A stretch of 64,000 nucleotides of DNA from Polyangiales bacterium (GTDB lineage: Bacteria > Myxococcota_A > Polyangia > Polyangiales > Polyangiaceae), in assembly GCA_038230375.1 (NCBI GenBank), contig JBBRNJ010000016.1, forward strand, positions 1 to 64,000, read 5' to 3'. The position numbers and the translations under genes are program-made. The notes under the pieces were generated by a model. That model searched no databases. It was given only the letters and a program-made list of their open reading frames with translations, and was not told the origin of the DNA. This document shows, piece by piece, positions 49,956-62,175 of the stretch (position 1 is its first letter; every line of letters begins with the position of its first letter).

Positions 49956-51227
49956 TCAGCCGCGCCAGTCCTTGTTCGGCGTGCCCGCAATGAAGCGCGC
50001 GGGGTCGCGATGGACCAACGCGGCAGCGACGGAACAGAACGTCTTCGACTTGCTCGGCAGCCTTCTGGCCTTGCCGCGCTCAGCTGATGCGGGACCACTC
50101 ACGTGCTCGAAGCGGTCGGTTGCGACGACGAGCACGGGCGCGCGGAGACCAAGCACCTTCCTTGCGAGTGGGCGTGCGTCGGACCAGAACGCGCCGGGAT
50201 CGCGGCAGAGGCGGGCCCTCACGGCGAGCACAGCGGTCCAGTCCGTAACCTTCGTCGTGCGTGTGCGCTTCGGGACCAGCCCGAGCTTCGAGAGGAGTGC
50301 GTCCGTCATGGTGAACGGCGCCGTGCCCTTCGGCCCGATGACCTTGATGCCGTCGAACGATCGCGGGACCTCCGACGACGTGAGCGCAAAGCCCTTTGGC
50401 AGCACGCGCCGGATTCCGATGGGCCGCGCGTCCTCCAGGTACCGTCCGCCAGAGGGGACCTTCGATCCGTAGCGGTACTGCTGGATGGTGGCGGGCCAAC
50501 GATATTCCTCGCCCGGACCGTTCAGCAGATCGCCCTGAACGACCTCGATGAGCACGCCCCAGTCGTCGCCCGTCTTCTCGCGCGCTGCGATGATGCGCAT
50601 CGCGTGCCGCTCGAAGTGCCCAGCCCCGCTCTCGAGGCGCGGCCATGGCATGGGTGAGTCTTCCTCCGCGGACGCGGCGTCATCGAGCAGCTGCAGGATC
50701 CCTGCTTCGTCGAGCGTCGTCGTCGGCCGGTTGGGGACGCCGTGCGTTCGTTGCCAGGTACGGATGCGCTCCTTGTCTTCCTGAGGACGGGTACGGATGC
50801 GCGCGAGCACGTCGAGCGCTCCCTTGTTCGAGATTCCCAGCAAGCACGGAACGACACACCAAGGGCTCGAGTCGAGCGTGCCCGTGTCATCGACCCGGCT
50901 CGCGAGCCACGGCAGGATGGCGTCACCGTAGCGCTCGAGCGGCGCGATGTTGTCGAAGCCGCGAGGACTGAACTTCCACACGAGGCGGCTCGCTTCCTTC
51001 ACGAACTCACCCGCGTCCGCGAGCGAGAGGAGCGCCGCCCACAGAAAGTCGAAATCCGTCGGCTGCGAGACCTGGCCGTCGATCCGGTGCCACCCGCCAC
51101 GCGCCATCTCGCTCACGGCGCGAAGGCGCTTGCGAGCGTCCGCGAGCGGAATGAGGCCTCGAGCATCGCGCTCGAGCCCGAGATCACGCATCGCCGACTC
51201 CACCCACGGCCCAACCTTCGCCATCAC
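49956..51227 (-). CDS. Hypothetical protein; C-terminal region DUF7003-like
   Basis: ILQLLDDAA..WPRL..MRIIAAR..DWGVLIEV and PSKSKTF..AAALVHRDPARF..PNKDW recall DUF7003. Confidence 0.6.
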   Translation of the reverse strand: MMAKVGPWVESAMRDLGLERDARGLIPLADARKRLRAVSEMARGGWHRIDGQVSQPTDFDFLWAALLSLADAGEFVKEASRLVWKFSPRGFDNIAPLERYGDAILPWLASRVDDTGTLDSSPWCVVPCLLGISNKGALDVLARIRTRPQEDKERIRTWQRTHGVPNRPTTTLDEAGILQLLDDAASAEEDSPMPWPRLESGAGHFERHAMRIIAAREKTGDDWGVLIEVVQGDLLNGPGEEYRWPATIQQYRYGSKVPSGGRYLEDARPIGIRRVLPKGFALTSSEVPRSFDGIKVIGPKGTAPFTMTDALLSKLGLVPKRTRTTKVTDWTAVLAVRARLCRDPGAFWSDARPLARKVLGLRAPVLVVATDRFEHVSGPASAERGKARRLPSKSKTFCSVAAALVHRDPARFIAGTPNKDWRG

Positions 51228-51275
51228 CGCGCAGCATACCCGGAGCTACCCCCCGTTTTTCTCGCCTTTCTAGCG

Positions 51276-51304
51276 TTGACCCCCGGGAAAAACCCGGTGA
51301 TGAT
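51276..51304 (+). promoter_or_regulatory. Putative sigma70-type promoter of infC
   Basis: TTGACC-N17-GATGAT in an AT-richer intergenic region. Confidence 0.55.
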
Positions 51305-51363
51305 GGCGCCGCGCGTGGCACAGCCCCGCTTTTCTCTAATATTTGGAAGGTTAGTTTCTACAC

Positions 51364-52108
<745 letters not shown>

Positions 52109-52137
<29 letters not shown>

Positions 52138-54139
52138 CGTCTCCAGTCGTCCTGGGCGTCTTCGGTTCGCAAGCCGGGGACTCCTCGCTGCTGCGCTGAC
52201 CTTCGGGGTCTTCGCGGCGGCAGGGGAGCATCCGGCGTTCGCCGCGCTCACGTCCAGCGAGCAGGCGCAGATCCGTGACTTCTACCGCGCCGGCGCGAAG
52301 AACCAGTCGGATCGCATCCGCTCGCTGGTCGCGCGCCCCGACCTGTCCGCCGCCGAGTCCGCGGATGCCCTCCGCGACGCCGTGGGCTCGGTGCCGTTCA
52401 CGCCTGAGCGCGCAGCTGTCCTTCGTGAGGTTGCGTTCGCTCCCGCCGCGGAGGCCTCGCGACAGGTCCTCTTGCCCGCAATCATGCGTGCGCTGCTCAC
52501 CCGCGCGGACAACGTGCTCGGTCGCCTTGCCAACGCGGAAGACGCGCGCGCCACCGACGAGCTTGTCTTTCTCTACTCGTTCCTCGTGCGCGAGATCGCG
52601 GAAGCACCCGACGCGAAGGTCACGCGCGCGGCCCGCGATGAGTGCGCAAAGGCGGTCCTGGAGCACATCGAGAAGAACCCAAAGCACCTGCGCGTGGACG
52701 GCGGCGCCACGGCGCTCGCGAGCATGCGCGGGCAGGCGAACGTCCTCTATTTCGAGATGCTGCCCGAAGGTCCGACAAAGCGCCTCGACGCCGCCGACAA
52801 GCTCGGGCTTCGCGGCGCGCGCCGCCAGATGTTGCTCGAGTGGGGCTTGCTCGTTCTCGACGGCAAGGGCGCCGACGAAGCAAAGCTCGTTGCCCTTCGC
52901 TCCGTGCTCGTCAGCATGCAGGGCGCACGCACGGACATCTCACTCATCGTCCTTGGCGACAAGAGCACGCGGGCGGTTGCTCGCGGGCGCACGCTCGGGC
53001 TCGTCTCGGACCTTGTCACGCCTCCGCCCAGCTTCTGGGGCGAAGAGGTGGACGCTGGCGACGGCTCCGCGCTCACCGGTCTCATCGGCGAGCTCGCGAA
53101 GAGCGCCACGGCGCGCGCGCTACAGAATCGCGGTGAGCTGCGCACGCTCGCCGAGCGGGATGTCGCGCTCACGGACAAGGACAGGCCGTTCGGACGTCCG
53201 CTCGACGCCTCGCTCGAGGGGCAGATCGGCGCTGCCGTGCAGCTGCTCCTGGTGGACGCCACGCGCGCGTTCGACTGGGCGCTCGCGCGCTTCCTCTCCG
53301 CAAAGCCGGAGTCCGCCGCCATCCTCAGCGACGCGCTCGGGGTGCTCGCGGCGCTGTCGCCTCCGCACGCCGGTCAAGAGCTCACGCTGTCACTGGGGAA
53401 GCCCGGCAGCTCTCCCATGCCGGACGTCGCGGCCGCCTCTGGCGTGCGCCTCCTGCCCAACGGCGCAGTGTCCGCGATCACGTTCGGCGGTCACGCATGG
53501 ACCTTCGAGCGCGACGAGGTCACGTTCGCGGTGCGCGGCATCCGCCGTGACGGCCAGCCCGTGAACCTGGGCATGCTGTCTTCCGCGCGTCTGGCCATGA
53601 CGGAGACCTCCACATGGAGCTATGGCGGCGTCGCGTTCGCGAAGCTGCTCGGAACACCGCGCGCGGGCATGGGACCTGGCCCGCACATCAGGCTCGAAGC
53701 GCAATCGCAGACGGACGTGATCGCCACGCCGGCGCCCGGCAACGACTTCGTCATCGAGTGCGAGCTCTCTGTGGACGGTGGCGAAGGTGGCATTGGCTTC
53801 CGGGCGCGCACCCTCCGCGACACGCGCAGCAAGGCGCCCACGGAGTATCTCTTCGGCGGCCTCGTTGCCCTTGTTCCGGATGTCGACAATCCGCGCGTCG
53901 CGCTCGTCACCGCGGAGGAGCTCCGTCATCAGGCGTACATGTCCGCGCCAGCGTACGGTCCGTTCGCGGGCCCCATGCACGTGCGCATCCAGGTGAAGGG
54001 AACCAAGGTCGACGCACGCGTCGGCAACGCAACCTTCCATGGCACGCTCCCGCACACGATGGATGCAGGGAGCATCGTGCTCTACGGCCGTCGCGGAGCC
54101 AAGGTGGAAGTGCTCTCGTTCACCGTGAAGAAGCTGTAG
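52109..54139 (+). CDS. Large secreted hypothetical protein
   Basis: Signal-like segment (..PAFA-ALT), helical N-terminal part and beta-rich C-terminal part. The start is uncertain. Confidence 0.7.
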
Positions 54140-54730
54140 CCAACGACCGCGCGTTGGCGCTACCGGGCATAGACCGCAAAGGGCCATCTCGCCGCTAGCT
54201 ACGAAATCCCATGCGTCGACGTAGCTGCCAAATCCCGAATACGAAAACGTCGAGCCGTGCTGCGGGAACGGGTCGCTCGCGGCCTCGGCAAGCTCGTGGG
54301 TCGCGGTCATCGTCAAGGCGTCGAAATCACTCTGCGCACCTTGGCCCGTGGGGCACCGCGCCATCATCGCGTAGGCAAACGTGACGCCGCCCGAGGTCAT
54401 GTTGAGGTGATAGCCAGCGATCGCCTGACAGCTGACCAGCGCGTCGAGCGAGAAGGTCGTGCTCGCGGGTGCGTAGATCATGTAGAGCGTGCTTGGTGTG
54501 GGCGCGGGGAATGTCCCCTTCTTGATGTTCGCGTCGATCATGGTCTGGATCGACGAGGCACCGCCGGTGACCGAGTCCGTGTAGCTCTGCGCGAGCGCGC
54601 TCGAAGGCAGATGGACCGTGGGCCTTGTGGCGTGCGGGGTCGCCCGACCGATGCAGCTGCCCTTTGTGTCGCAGTACCCGACGCGGACGGTGTCCCTCCA
54701 GGTGCTGGTGCCGATGGTGCTGTCGAAGGG
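54140..54730 (-). pseudogene. Internal fragment of a paralog of the 43839..45149 lipoprotein
   Basis: TLYMIYAP, AGYH, THELAEAASDP, GEMALC. No signal peptide or start codon, and homology is lost where the frame runs into the opposite-strand gene. Confidence 0.7.
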
Positions 54731-54943
54731 CGGAGACCAGGCGAAACGGCTCGCTGGCCTTGAATTGGATCAGGAAACCCGCACAAAAACGGGTGTGATC
54801 GCGCGGATCGCAGGATCGAAGAGACGCCGCGCGGCAGTCCATGACTCAGCCCGCAGCCGTCGCCTGGAAGCGACGTCCCGGCCACCCGCGACGCCCGACC
54901 TTTGGTGCTATCCTGAAGGGGCGTGCGACCGTCCTTCATCCTC

Positions 54944-56158
54944 ATGCGCGGTCCACTCGCGGTCGCATTCATGGTCGCGGCGTTCGTCGCGTGCGACACG
55001 AGCTACTCCGTCAACGGTGACAATGCCGGCGCCGATGGCGGTCGCGGCGGCAGCGGCCATGACGGCGCGAGCACGGGTGATGGAGCCGCGAGCGGTGATG
55101 ATGGCAGCGCGAGCGAATTCGACGCCAATCTCCCCCCCATCGATTGGCCGTCCGATTTCCCCACGCACTTCCCCGGACTGAAGCCGCCCGCGCCGCTCAC
55201 GGACCTGGGTCAGGTCTGCGCGGTCGACACAACGGCGCTCACATACAAGCCGTGCAACTCGACAACGTCGAAGACTTCGCCAAACCTGTTCGCGCTCCCG
55301 GCGGGGAACGTGGCAGCGTTCTTCTTCGACACGGCCATCTTCGGCTCCAACGTGCGCGTGACCGGGACGCGCGGGCTCGTGATCGTCGTCGGGCGGAGCA
55401 CCATCATCACTGGCGGCGTGGACGCCAGCGCCAACCTCTCCATCAGCGGTCCGGGCGGCGACGCGCTGCAGCCGACGACGGGCCAGGGGAAGCCTGCGGA
55501 CCCCGGCGGCGATCAGAACGGCGGCGGTGGCGCTGGCCACGCGACCAAGGGTGCAGATGGCGCGTTCTCGACGGCAGGCACCGTCACGACCAACCGCGGC
55601 GTCGGTGGGGCCGCGTACTCTGACAACGCGCAGTTCGTGGGAGGCGCACGCGGCGGCGCGGGCAACTACATGGGAATGGGCTGCGGCAGCGGCGGGGGCG
55701 CTGGGGGCGCGCTGCAGATCTCGTCGCTCGGCTCCATGTCGATCGCGGGCAACGTGCTCGCTGGTGGCGGTGGCGGTGGCGGCGGCTGCTTTTCGGGCGG
55801 GAGCGGCCACGGCGGCGCTGGCGGCGGCTCGGGGGGGCTTGTCTACCTCGAGTCGCGCATGTCGGTCAGCGTTCAGGGCGCCATTGCAGCGAATGGCGGC
55901 GGCGGCGGCGGCGGGCCCAACGGCCAGACCAATGGACCTGCAGGACAGGACGGACAGGCGAGCTCCACGCCTGCGTTCGGCGGCGGGAGCTCCGGTACCG
56001 GTGGCGGTGGTGGCGCGGGAGGTGCGGCGGCAGGGCCCACAACGCCAGCGGGTGGTCTCAATGCCGGTGGTGGCGGCGGCGCAGCCGGGCAGATCTTCAT
56101 CTTCGCTCCGACGATCACGACCACCGGCACGATCAGCCCCAACGCGACCATGATGTAG
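54944..56158 (+). CDS. Glycine-rich secreted lipoprotein
   Basis: Lipobox FVAC; repeated GGGGG.GG.(I/L/V) beta/Gly units. Confidence 0.8.
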   Translation: MRGPLAVAFMVAAFVACDTSYSVNGDNAGADGGRGGSGHDGASTGDGAASGDDGSASEFDANLPPIDWPSDFPTHFPGLKPPAPLTDLGQVCAVDTTALTYKPCNSTTSKTSPNLFALPAGNVAAFFFDTAIFGSNVRVTGTRGLVIVVGRSTIITGGVDASANLSISGPGGDALQPTTGQGKPADPGGDQNGGGGAGHATKGADGAFSTAGTVTTNRGVGGAAYSDNAQFVGGARGGAGNYMGMGCGSGGGAGGALQISSLGSMSIAGNVLAGGGGGGGGCFSGGSGHGGAGGGSGGLVYLESRMSVSVQGAIAANGGGGGGGPNGQTNGPAGQDGQASSTPAFGGGSSGTGGGGGAGGAAAGPTTPAGGLNAGGGGGAAGQIFIFAPTITTTGTISPNATMM

Positions 56159-56165
56159 AACTGAA

Positions 56166-57953
56166 TCAGTTCATCTCGCGCGCGAGAATATCCAGCGGCA
56201 ACGCGCCGTGCTCCAGGAGCTGGTCGTGGAACTTGCGCTCGTCGAACTTCGGACCGAGCGCCGACTCGTGCTTCTTGCGTAGCTCCTTGATCGTGAGCTC
56301 GCCCATCTTGTACGCGAGTGCCTGCCCCGGCCAGGTGATGTAGCGATCGATCTCGTTCTCGATCTCGAGCTTCTGCTTCGGCGCGTTCTCCATGAAGAAG
56401 TCGATCGCCTGTTGCCGTGGCCAGTGCTTGTCGTGGATGCCCGTGTCCACCACCAGGCGCACGGCGCGCCACATCTCGTAGGTGAGCTGCCCGAACTTCG
56501 CGTACGGGTCGTCGTACATGCCGATCTCGTCGCCAAGGCTCTCCGCATAGAGCGCCCAGCCCTCCACGTAGGCGGTCGTGTAGTCACCAAAGCGCCTGAA
56601 TTTAGGCAGATCCGTCTGCTCGTTCGCGAGCGCCAGCTGGAGGTGATGGCCCGGCACGGCCTCGTGCATCGTGAGCGCGACCATCTCCCACGTGGGGCGC
56701 GTCTCCGGTTTGTACAGGTTCACGAAGTACGTGCCGCCGCGCGTGCCGTCCGCAGCGGGCTCGCGGTAGTAGGCCGTCGTCGTATCCGGCGCGGCCACGT
56801 CCGGGATGGGCGAGACACCGTATGGCGTGCGCGGCAGCTTCCCGAACAGCTTCACCAGGTGCGGGTCCACGCGCTTCGCGACGTCGCGGTATGCCGTGAG
56901 GAGCGCCTCCTTCGACGTGAGGAAGAAGCGCGGGTCGGTGCGCAGGAACTGGAAGTACTCCTTCATGGAGCCAGCGAAGCCGGTCTTCTGTTTCACGCGC
57001 TCCATCTCTGCGCGGATGCGCGCGACCTCGGACAGGCCGAGCGCGTGGATCTCCTCCGGGGTCTTGTTCGTGGTCGTGTGGCGTCGCACGGCGAACGCAT
57101 AGAGCGCCTTGCCGTTCGGCAGCGCCCACACGCCCACGTCGTCCTTGCATGCGGGCAGATAGGTGGACGTGATGAACTGGTCGAGCTCCTGGAACGCCGG
57201 CACCACGCTCGCCATGATCGCGCGCTTCGCGTCCTCCCTGAGGTGCGCGCGCTCGGCCGCGGGCATGGCCTCCGGCATGTGCGCGTACGGGGCAAAGAAT
57301 GGACTCTTCTCTGCGTCCGTCACGATCTGCTTCTTGAGCTGCGCGGGCACGCGGGCCATGACGACCTTCGGGTGGGTCACGCCAAGGCGCACGCCCTCAC
57401 GCAGCAGCTCGAGGACGCCCTTCATGTACGTCGGGAAGGCGCGAAGGCGTGCGTTCCAGTCCTCGAAGCTCTTTGCGTCGTTCCACTGCAGTGAGTCACC
57501 GAGCTCGTCGGCGGTCTGGATGCCGCCGCGGTGATCGACCGGGAGCAGCTCGAAGTGGAACGGCGCTGCCTCCACCGCGAGCGCGTACCTCCGCACGAAC
57601 AGCTCGTGCGAGAGCCGCGCGTCCGTGGGAAGGAGCTTCGCGTCGATCCTTCGCGCGCGCTCGAGCACCTCGCGATCGTGAGCCTGGCGACGCGAGACGG
57701 CGGCGAGCGAGGTCTCGTCCCAGCGATCGTTGTAGCGAAGGTCGCCGAGCTCGGACGCCCACGTAGGGGAGTCCTTCATCGCGTACTCCCACTCCTCATC
57801 GAACAGCTTACGTAACTCGTGCCCAGCGTTGCTCTCGGCCGCAAGGTCACCGGTACAGGCACCAGGAACGGGAGACTTCACGTTCGCACGCTCGGTCTCG
57901 CCACCACAGGCCACGACCGCAGAGAGGGCAAGCAAGGAGAACAGCCGGCGCAT
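56166..57953 (-). CDS. DUF885-family lipoprotein (putative metallopeptidase)
   Basis: HEAVPGHHLQ, YVEGWALYAE, RLVVDTGIH, EIDRYITWPGQALAYKMG. Confidence 0.93.
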   Translation of the reverse strand: MRRLFSLLALSAVVACGGETERANVKSPVPGACTGDLAAESNAGHELRKLFDEEWEYAMKDSPTWASELGDLRYNDRWDETSLAAVSRRQAHDREVLERARRIDAKLLPTDARLSHELFVRRYALAVEAAPFHFELLPVDHRGGIQTADELGDSLQWNDAKSFEDWNARLRAFPTYMKGVLELLREGVRLGVTHPKVVMARVPAQLKKQIVTDAEKSPFFAPYAHMPEAMPAAERAHLREDAKRAIMASVVPAFQELDQFITSTYLPACKDDVGVWALPNGKALYAFAVRRHTTTNKTPEEIHALGLSEVARIRAEMERVKQKTGFAGSMKEYFQFLRTDPRFFLTSKEALLTAYRDVAKRVDPHLVKLFGKLPRTPYGVSPIPDVAAPDTTTAYYREPAADGTRGGTYFVNLYKPETRPTWEMVALTMHEAVPGHHLQLALANEQTDLPKFRRFGDYTTAYVEGWALYAESLGDEIGMYDDPYAKFGQLTYEMWRAVRLVVDTGIHDKHWPRQQAIDFFMENAPKQKLEIENEIDRYITWPGQALAYKMGELTIKELRKKHESALGPKFDERKFHDQLLEHGALPLDILAREMN

Positions 57954-57966
57954 GCGTTGCACTCTA

Positions 57967-58201
57967 GGTCGAGGTGGAGGTCGAGGTCGAGGTCGGGGTC
58001 GGGGTCGGGGTCGAGGTCGAGGTCGAGGTCGAGGTCGGGGTCGAGGTCAGGGTCGAGGTCGAGGTCGAGGTCGAGGTCGAGGTCGAGGTCGAGGTGGAGG
58101 TCGAGGTCGAGGTCGAGGTCGAGGTCGAGGTCGAGGTCGAGGTCGGGGTCGAGGTCGGGGTCGTCGTCGTCGTCGAAGTCGTTGTCGAAGTCGTTGTCGT
58201 T
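57967..58201. repeat. Long hexamer array (GAGGTC, with GGGGTC/GAGGTG/GTTGTC variants) between divergent genes
   Basis: Read directly; about 235 bp. Confidence 0.95.
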
Positions 58202-58249
58202 GCGTCGGAAATTGGGCCCTCGCCTCCGCTGGGTGCGATAACCTCCTAC

Positions 58250-59635
58250 ATGCCCTCGTCCCCCGTGTTTTTCGCTGCGATCGTGCTTGGTGCGGCGATC
58301 AGCGTCGGGTGCTCGCAGAAGGCTCCCGCACAGGATGCACCCTCCGACCCGCTCGGAGATCTCGCAGGCCCCGCGTCTCCGAACATCGAGCTTCCTCCTC
58401 GCTCGACCGCGACGACGCTCCGGGTCCTCATCGGCGGTGACGTGCTTCCGCATCGTCCGCGGCTCCTCGAGCCCGCGCGCATCCACGCGGCGCTCGAGCC
58501 GCTCGCGCCGTTCTTCCAGTCTTCGGACGCCGTGGTCGTGAACTTCGAGGCCGCGACCGGCGATCCGGATCACGCGACCAAGATGGCGTACGTCGCGCCG
58601 CCGGAGTGGCTCGGTGCGCTGAAGGAGAGCGGCGTGACGGCGATCACGGCGGCCAACAACCACTCGTGCGACATGGGTCAGATGGGCGTGCGCACAACGC
58701 TCGCGTCGTCCAGTGCCGCGGGCCTCACCGCCATCGGCGTGGACTCCGCGAGCGCTCCGTTCACGTATCGCGTGATCGCGGAGAAGAACGGCAAGAAGGT
58801 CTGCGCGGTCGCGTGGACGAACCTGATGAACTCGCACTCGTGCGACGGCTCCACGCTCGTCGCATACGCGCCCGCCACGCGCCGCGGCACCGCACAGATC
58901 GTCTCAGCTGTGACCAAGGCGCGCGAGAGCTGCGATGCGGTCATCGCGATCTTCCACGGCGGGGCCGAGTATGCCCCGCAGACGGAGGCCATGATGGCGC
59001 AGGCGATGCGCGCCGCCGATGCAGGCGCGGATGCGGTGATCATGCATCACCCGCACATCGTGTCGCCGATGACGAAGCACACGACGAAGGATGGGCGCAC
59101 GGTCCCCATCTTCGCGAGCCTCGGCAACCTGGTGACGAACCAGGGCGAGTCGTGGAAGCCGCCGATGTTCCCGGTGCTGCGCACGGACCGCCACCTGGTG
59201 TGCGTGAACGGCTGGACGCGGCTTGGCATGCTCGCGGACCTCGCGTTCTCGTTCTCGGGTACGCACAAGGCGCTCTCCTATGCGTCGCACCTGGTCTACA
59301 TCCAGAACGAGCACGCCAACGACAAGGCGGCGAAGATGCCCAAGATCGACGTGCGCATGCTCTCACCGGAGGGCGACAAGGACGTGATCGCACGGCTGCG
59401 CGACGACAAGGTCGGCCCAGTGCCGGTCTTCGATGACCCGTGCTGGTTCGAGGGCTCTGGCAAGCGCTGCGACGCAGACGTGGACGCGAAGACCAAGGCG
59501 GCTCCGAGCGATGACCCGATGGCCTCTGCAGGCCCGGACACGGACGAAGAGCCTGGTGCCGCGGGCTCGCCCCGCTCGCGCAGGTTGACAGCGGCTCACG
59601 TCTCGACCAGAACCAAGACGCACAAGAAGCCATGA
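58250..59635 (+). CDS. CapA (PGA_cap) family metallophosphoesterase-fold lipoprotein
   Basis: [36 protein letters not shown]. Confidence 0.88.
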   Translation: MPSSPVFFAAIVLGAAISVGCSQKAPAQDAPSDPLGDLAGPASPNIELPPRSTATTLRVLIGGDVLPHRPRLLEPARIHAALEPLAPFFQSSDAVVVNFEAATGDPDHATKMAYVAPPEWLGALKESGVTAITAANNHSCDMGQMGVRTTLASSSAAGLTAIGVDSASAPFTYRVIAEKNGKKVCAVAWTNLMNSHSCDGSTLVAYAPATRRGTAQIVSAVTKARESCDAVIAIFHGGAEYAPQTEAMMAQAMRAADAGADAVIMHHPHIVSPMTKHTTKDGRTVPIFASLGNLVTNQGESWKPPMFPVLRTDRHLVCVNGWTRLGMLADLAFSFSGTHKALSYASHLVYIQNEHANDKAAKMPKIDVRMLSPEGDKDVIARLRDDKVGPVPVFDDPCWFEGSGKRCDADVDAKTKAAPSDDPMASAGPDTDEEPGAAGSPRSRRLTAAHVSTRTKTHKKP

Positions 59636-60039
59636 CCGAGCAGAAGAAACTCCGCATCCTCGTCGCGAAGCCCGGCCTGGACGGCCACGACCGCGGCGCG
59701 AAGGTCGTTGCCCGCGCGCTCCGCGACGCCGGGTTCGAGGTCATCTACACGGGCCTCCACCAGACCCCCGAGATGATCGCGAACGCCGCCATCCAGGAGG
59801 ACGTCGACGCGGTCGGCCTGTCCATCATGAGTGGCGCGCACAACACGCTCTTCCCCGCGGTCATCCAGGCGCTCCGGGCCAAGGGCGTCGATGACATGGT
59901 GGTGTTCGGCGGCGGCATCATCCCCGACGGTGACATGCAGCCCCTGAAGGACGCCGGCGTGAAGGGCGTCTTCACGCCGGGCACGCGGCTCGACGAGATC
60001 ATCACCTGGGTGCAGACGAACGTCGCGCCGCGCGCGTGA
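59632..60039 (+). CDS. Methylmalonyl-CoA mutase-type cobalamin-binding subunit
   Basis: [41 protein letters not shown]. Confidence 0.93.
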   Translation: MTEQKKLRILVAKPGLDGHDRGAKVVARALRDAGFEVIYTGLHQTPEMIANAAIQEDVDAVGLSIMSGAHNTLFPAVIQALRAKGVDDMVVFGGGIIPDGDMQPLKDAGVKGVFTPGTRLDEIITWVQTNVAPRA

Positions 60040-62162
60040 GGCTACTGCCCGCCGCGGTTCTCGTTGTGGCGGCAGCAACCGTCGTTGGCATCGCGTGCAG
60101 CCCGGCCGATGCGCCAGCCATTGCTCACACCGCGCCTGGCGCGAGCGCCGTCGCAGCGGCTGATGCAGGAGCACCTGCCCGGTTCTCGTTCACCGACGTG
60201 CAGGTCACTGGCGATCGCACCTGCGCGACGGGCAGCGATCACCTCGCATACCGGTGGGGTGAGGATCTCTCACCGCGTCCCGTCGCGGTGCCTGGCCTTC
60301 GCGCGGTCGTCGCCACGCGCTGCAGCGGTACCGAGGTGTGCGCGCTCGACAGGTACGGCGCGATCACGTGCGTCGGCAGATCGCAGCGGCGCGCAACGCA
60401 CGACGAACCCGATGGTCCGGACAAGATCACGGGACTGCCGCCTGCGTCTTCATTTGCTCTCAACGGCGAAGGCGGCTGCGCGATCGCATCTGGCGATCTC
60501 TGGTGCTGGCGCCACGCGCGCTTCACCGCGGACGATTTCCCCGTTGTAGAGCCCGTTCTTGGCATTCACGACGTGCTCACGATGCACACGAACTTCGCCG
60601 GCCACACCTGTGTGACGCGAAAGACGGGGGTGCCGCTCTGCGTGTCGCCGTTCCCGCAGCCACGTGCAGCGCCCTTCAAGAAGGGAGCAGGCGGCGCGGA
60701 CGTCGACGCGGGCCTTTCGCCGCTGAAACGCACCATCGTGGAGCTCGCGAAGTGGCCTGACGCGCGCGACGTGCTCCCGCTCAACGAAGACACGCTCCAT
60801 GTCTGCGCGATCCTCCAGAACGGATCGAGCACGTGCGACGGTGAAGGTGACGTCCCGGGCATCACGCTCGCGCGCGCCGTCGGCGACGGGCATGCCGCCT
60901 CGTTCTTCGACGCGACCGATGCGTTCGCGTGCGTGAGGCTGGACTCCGGCGAGGCACGGTGCGCGGCGGACTACTTCGAACAGAGCCACCTCGGACGCGT
61001 CGCGAGGACGCTCGGGCATCCGAGCGCCGTCTCGGTCGGTGAGGGGCACGCCTGCGCGATCGGCGCGGACGGCCTTGTGTGCTGGGGCAGCGCGAGCCGG
61101 GGACAGCTCGGTGACGGCACGCCGTACAATCACGCGCGTCCCGCGAAGGTCCCGAACATCAACGACGCCATGCGGCTCTCCGTGGGGCCAGAGCTCACGT
61201 GCGTGATCCACAAGGACGGCGCGCTGTCCTGCTGGGGCGCGTGGCGGGACGACAGCTCGGTGCGCTCGCGCGCGTCAGAACAGTTCACGCCTGTGCGCAT
61301 CACGCCGCCGTTTGCAGCGAGCAACGTGTTCGTGGGGTCGCGCCTCTCCAACGTGCTGTGCGCGATGGGGCCCGCGGGTGCGTCGTGTCTCATGGGCGCG
61401 GACTGGATGCCGGTCACGTTGCCGCATCGAAAGATCAAGGGGATCGTCAACGGCGCCGTCGTGACGGACGACAACCGCGCATTCGGCTTCGGCTGGGAGG
61501 GCGGGCGCATTGTCACCGAGCCGGAGGACTTCGAGAAGGCCGGTATTCGAATCGCAAGCGTCGCGCCGGATGACTACTGCGGCGTGACCCAAGACGGCGA
61601 CGTGGTGTGTGGCCATTGCGGCGGGTGCAACGGAGCCGAGGCCAAGAAGGTGATGACACGCATCCACGGCACGCAGCCGTTCGTGGAGGTGACCTCGCTG
61701 CTCGCGCCGCCGAGCGTGTTCAATCAGGTCGTCTGCGCGCGGACGGCCTCCGGGACGGCAGAGTGCTACACGGGCGCAAACCTTCCGTGGGGTCGCTCGA
61801 CCGACCTGAAACGAACCTGGGAACCAGAGCTCGCTGCGCAGCATGATCTCGTGCAGATCTCCGCATATCACGGGTCTGGCAACGACAACTTGCTCTGCAC
61901 GCTCGACAAGCAGGGCGCGGTCCGCTGCCTTGGTGACGACAACCACGGGCAGCGCGGCGCGCGTCAGAAGGGCAGCACGGAGCTCATGCCCGTCGTCATG
62001 GATCTTCCGCCGGTGGTGGAGATCGGGACCGCAGCGGACCATGCGTGCGCGCGCACCGCGGGCGGTGATGTCTACTGCTGGGGCTCCAACGAGCGCGGCG
62101 GTGCGCCGGACGGTGCGCCCGGCCTGCGCGAAGCCCCCGTGAAGGTCGCGCCTCCCGGCTGA
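60036..62162 (+). CDS. RCC1/BLIP-II repeat lipoprotein
   Basis: Repeated HACA..CWG..GQLGDG units. Confidence 0.85.
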   Translation: MRLLPAAVLVVAAATVVGIACSPADAPAIAHTAPGASAVAAADAGAPARFSFTDVQVTGDRTCATGSDHLAYRWGEDLSPRPVAVPGLRAVVATRCSGTEVCALDRYGAITCVGRSQRRATHDEPDGPDKITGLPPASSFALNGEGGCAIASGDLWCWRHARFTADDFPVVEPVLGIHDVLTMHTNFAGHTCVTRKTGVPLCVSPFPQPRAAPFKKGAGGADVDAGLSPLKRTIVELAKWPDARDVLPLNEDTLHVCAILQNGSSTCDGEGDVPGITLARAVGDGHAASFFDATDAFACVRLDSGEARCAADYFEQSHLGRVARTLGHPSAVSVGEGHACAIGADGLVCWGSASRGQLGDGTPYNHARPAKVPNINDAMRLSVGPELTCVIHKDGALSCWGAWRDDSSVRSRASEQFTPVRITPPFAASNVFVGSRLSNVLCAMGPAGASCLMGADWMPVTLPHRKIKGIVNGAVVTDDNRAFGFGWEGGRIVTEPEDFEKAGIRIASVAPDDYCGVTQDGDVVCGHCGGCNGAEAKKVMTRIHGTQPFVEVTSLLAPPSVFNQVVCARTASGTAECYTGANLPWGRSTDLKRTWEPELAAQHDLVQISAYHGSGNDNLLCTLDKQGAVRCLGDDNHGQRGARQKGSTELMPVVMDLPPVVEIGTAADHACARTAGGDVYCWGSNERGGAPDGAPGLREAPVKVAPPG

Positions 62163-62175
62163 GGCTTGCAGAGGT

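Noticed and set aside
53390..54139. C-terminal part of the 383-aa minus-strand ORF as a real protein
   Set aside because: It is the antisense shadow of the 52109..54139 gene. Only 54140-54730 shows family similarity.
57967..58201. CRISPR array
   Set aside because: Period-6 simple repeat with no unique spacers and no cas genes. The same applies to the other hexamer arrays.
57974..58249. Poly-(EV) N-terminus on the CapA protein, and poly-RS/RG/DL ORFs over the array
   Set aside because: These follow from a stop-free hexamer array. A normal lipoprotein signal begins at ATG 58250.
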